Assembly (NCBI GenBank): GCA_964252035.1
Contig: OZ176203.1
Source: Podarcis erhardii
Taxonomy: Eukaryota
Strand: one strand, 5' to 3'
DNA: 64,000 bases
Positions 63,256-64,000 of the stretch are shown here, piece by piece (position 1 is the first letter of the stretch; each line of letters begins with the position of its first letter). The notes under the pieces were generated by a model. The model was not told the origin of the DNA. It saw nothing but the letters and a program-made list of their open reading frames with translations, and ran no database searches. The position numbers and the translations under genes were made by a program.

Positions 63256-64000
63256 GGGGGTGCCCCCCAAATTATCACAATACATTCTAGCCAGGCAAAA
63301 ACACTCAAAAGGAGTGCAATGTAGAAGTTGAGAGGTGTGTGGCAGGGAAGGGTGTGTGGTCTGAGGAGAGTTCTGTGGGCAAGGCTGAGAGGCCAGGAGA
63401 GTCACATTAGACCTTTGGGTCTGAGGTTCCCCATGCCTGTATTAAGAAGTGCAGACAGAAATTAGGAAATCTGTATCACAGGGTCTCCTGCAGAAACAGA
63501 TGCTTTGCAACAGCATTCATGTTTTAAAGACAAGGCCCAAATCAAGTATTAGGAACTGTAAAAATAAATATGGAAAAGAAAAGAAAAAAGGATCCTTCAT
63601 GGGATACATTTCCATTAAAAAAACAAAAAAACCTCCATGTGCGTGCAGTTTAATTTTGGAAGGTGCTTTTAAACTGTGCTCCTGTGGCCTTAAAAATAAA
63701 AGTGTGCTTTGTTTTCTGGTTCTTTTCCAGCTGTTCATGTCCTATTTTCAATTTATTCTCTTTCTCCAGGCACAGAAAAGAATGGGAGTATTTGCACCCA
63801 GCAGGTGGGCTCTTTTCATCATTTGGGAAATGGCAAAGTACAGTTGCGGTGTGTTCCCTGCTGTTTATGAGCAAATTGTACGTCAAACCCAGTGAACTGA
63901 AGTACAGCCCTTTCCTTACCTGGTGATGAGTATCGCTTGGCCTCTTGCACAAAGTTATAAGGTTAAAAAGAAAAAGAAAAAAAGAAACGACAAAAAAACC

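Noticed and set aside
52217-64000. GLRA2 penultimate exon (TM3, VKAIDIWM)
   Set aside because: Not found by eye, so it probably lies beyond the window and this region is treated as intron.

Overview
Vertebrate genomic DNA. The repeat content suggests a squamate reptile, probably a lacertid lizard (inference). It holds three genes in the conserved order seen at human Xp22.2. MOSPD2 (minus strand) has coding exons 1-11 at 15574 down to 77 and continues past the left edge. FANCB (plus strand) has a non-coding first exon and 8 coding exons at 18499-27097 (842 aa) and shares a CpG-rich bidirectional promoter with MOSPD2. GLRA2 (minus strand) contributes its terminal coding exon at 51935-52216, convergent with FANCB. 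I placed all exon boundaries by hand using GT-AG sites and reading-frame continuity. Introns and intergenic DNA contain many short transposons: TA-flanked Tc1/mariner-type MITEs, hAT-type MITEs, CR1, L2, L1, RTE and Penelope fragments, and a solo LTR. There are no prokaryotic features or CRISPR arrays. The most interesting candidates are a possible Chapaev3-like transposase fossil, two paralogous ~170-bp elements in MOSPD2 intron 2, a pre-miRNA-like hairpin in GLRA2's last intron, MITEs carrying ZNF143/THAP11-type or ETS/NRF1 motifs, a candidate poison exon in MOSPD2, and an in-frame uORF in FANCB. All family and protein assignments come from recalled consensus sequences, not database searches.
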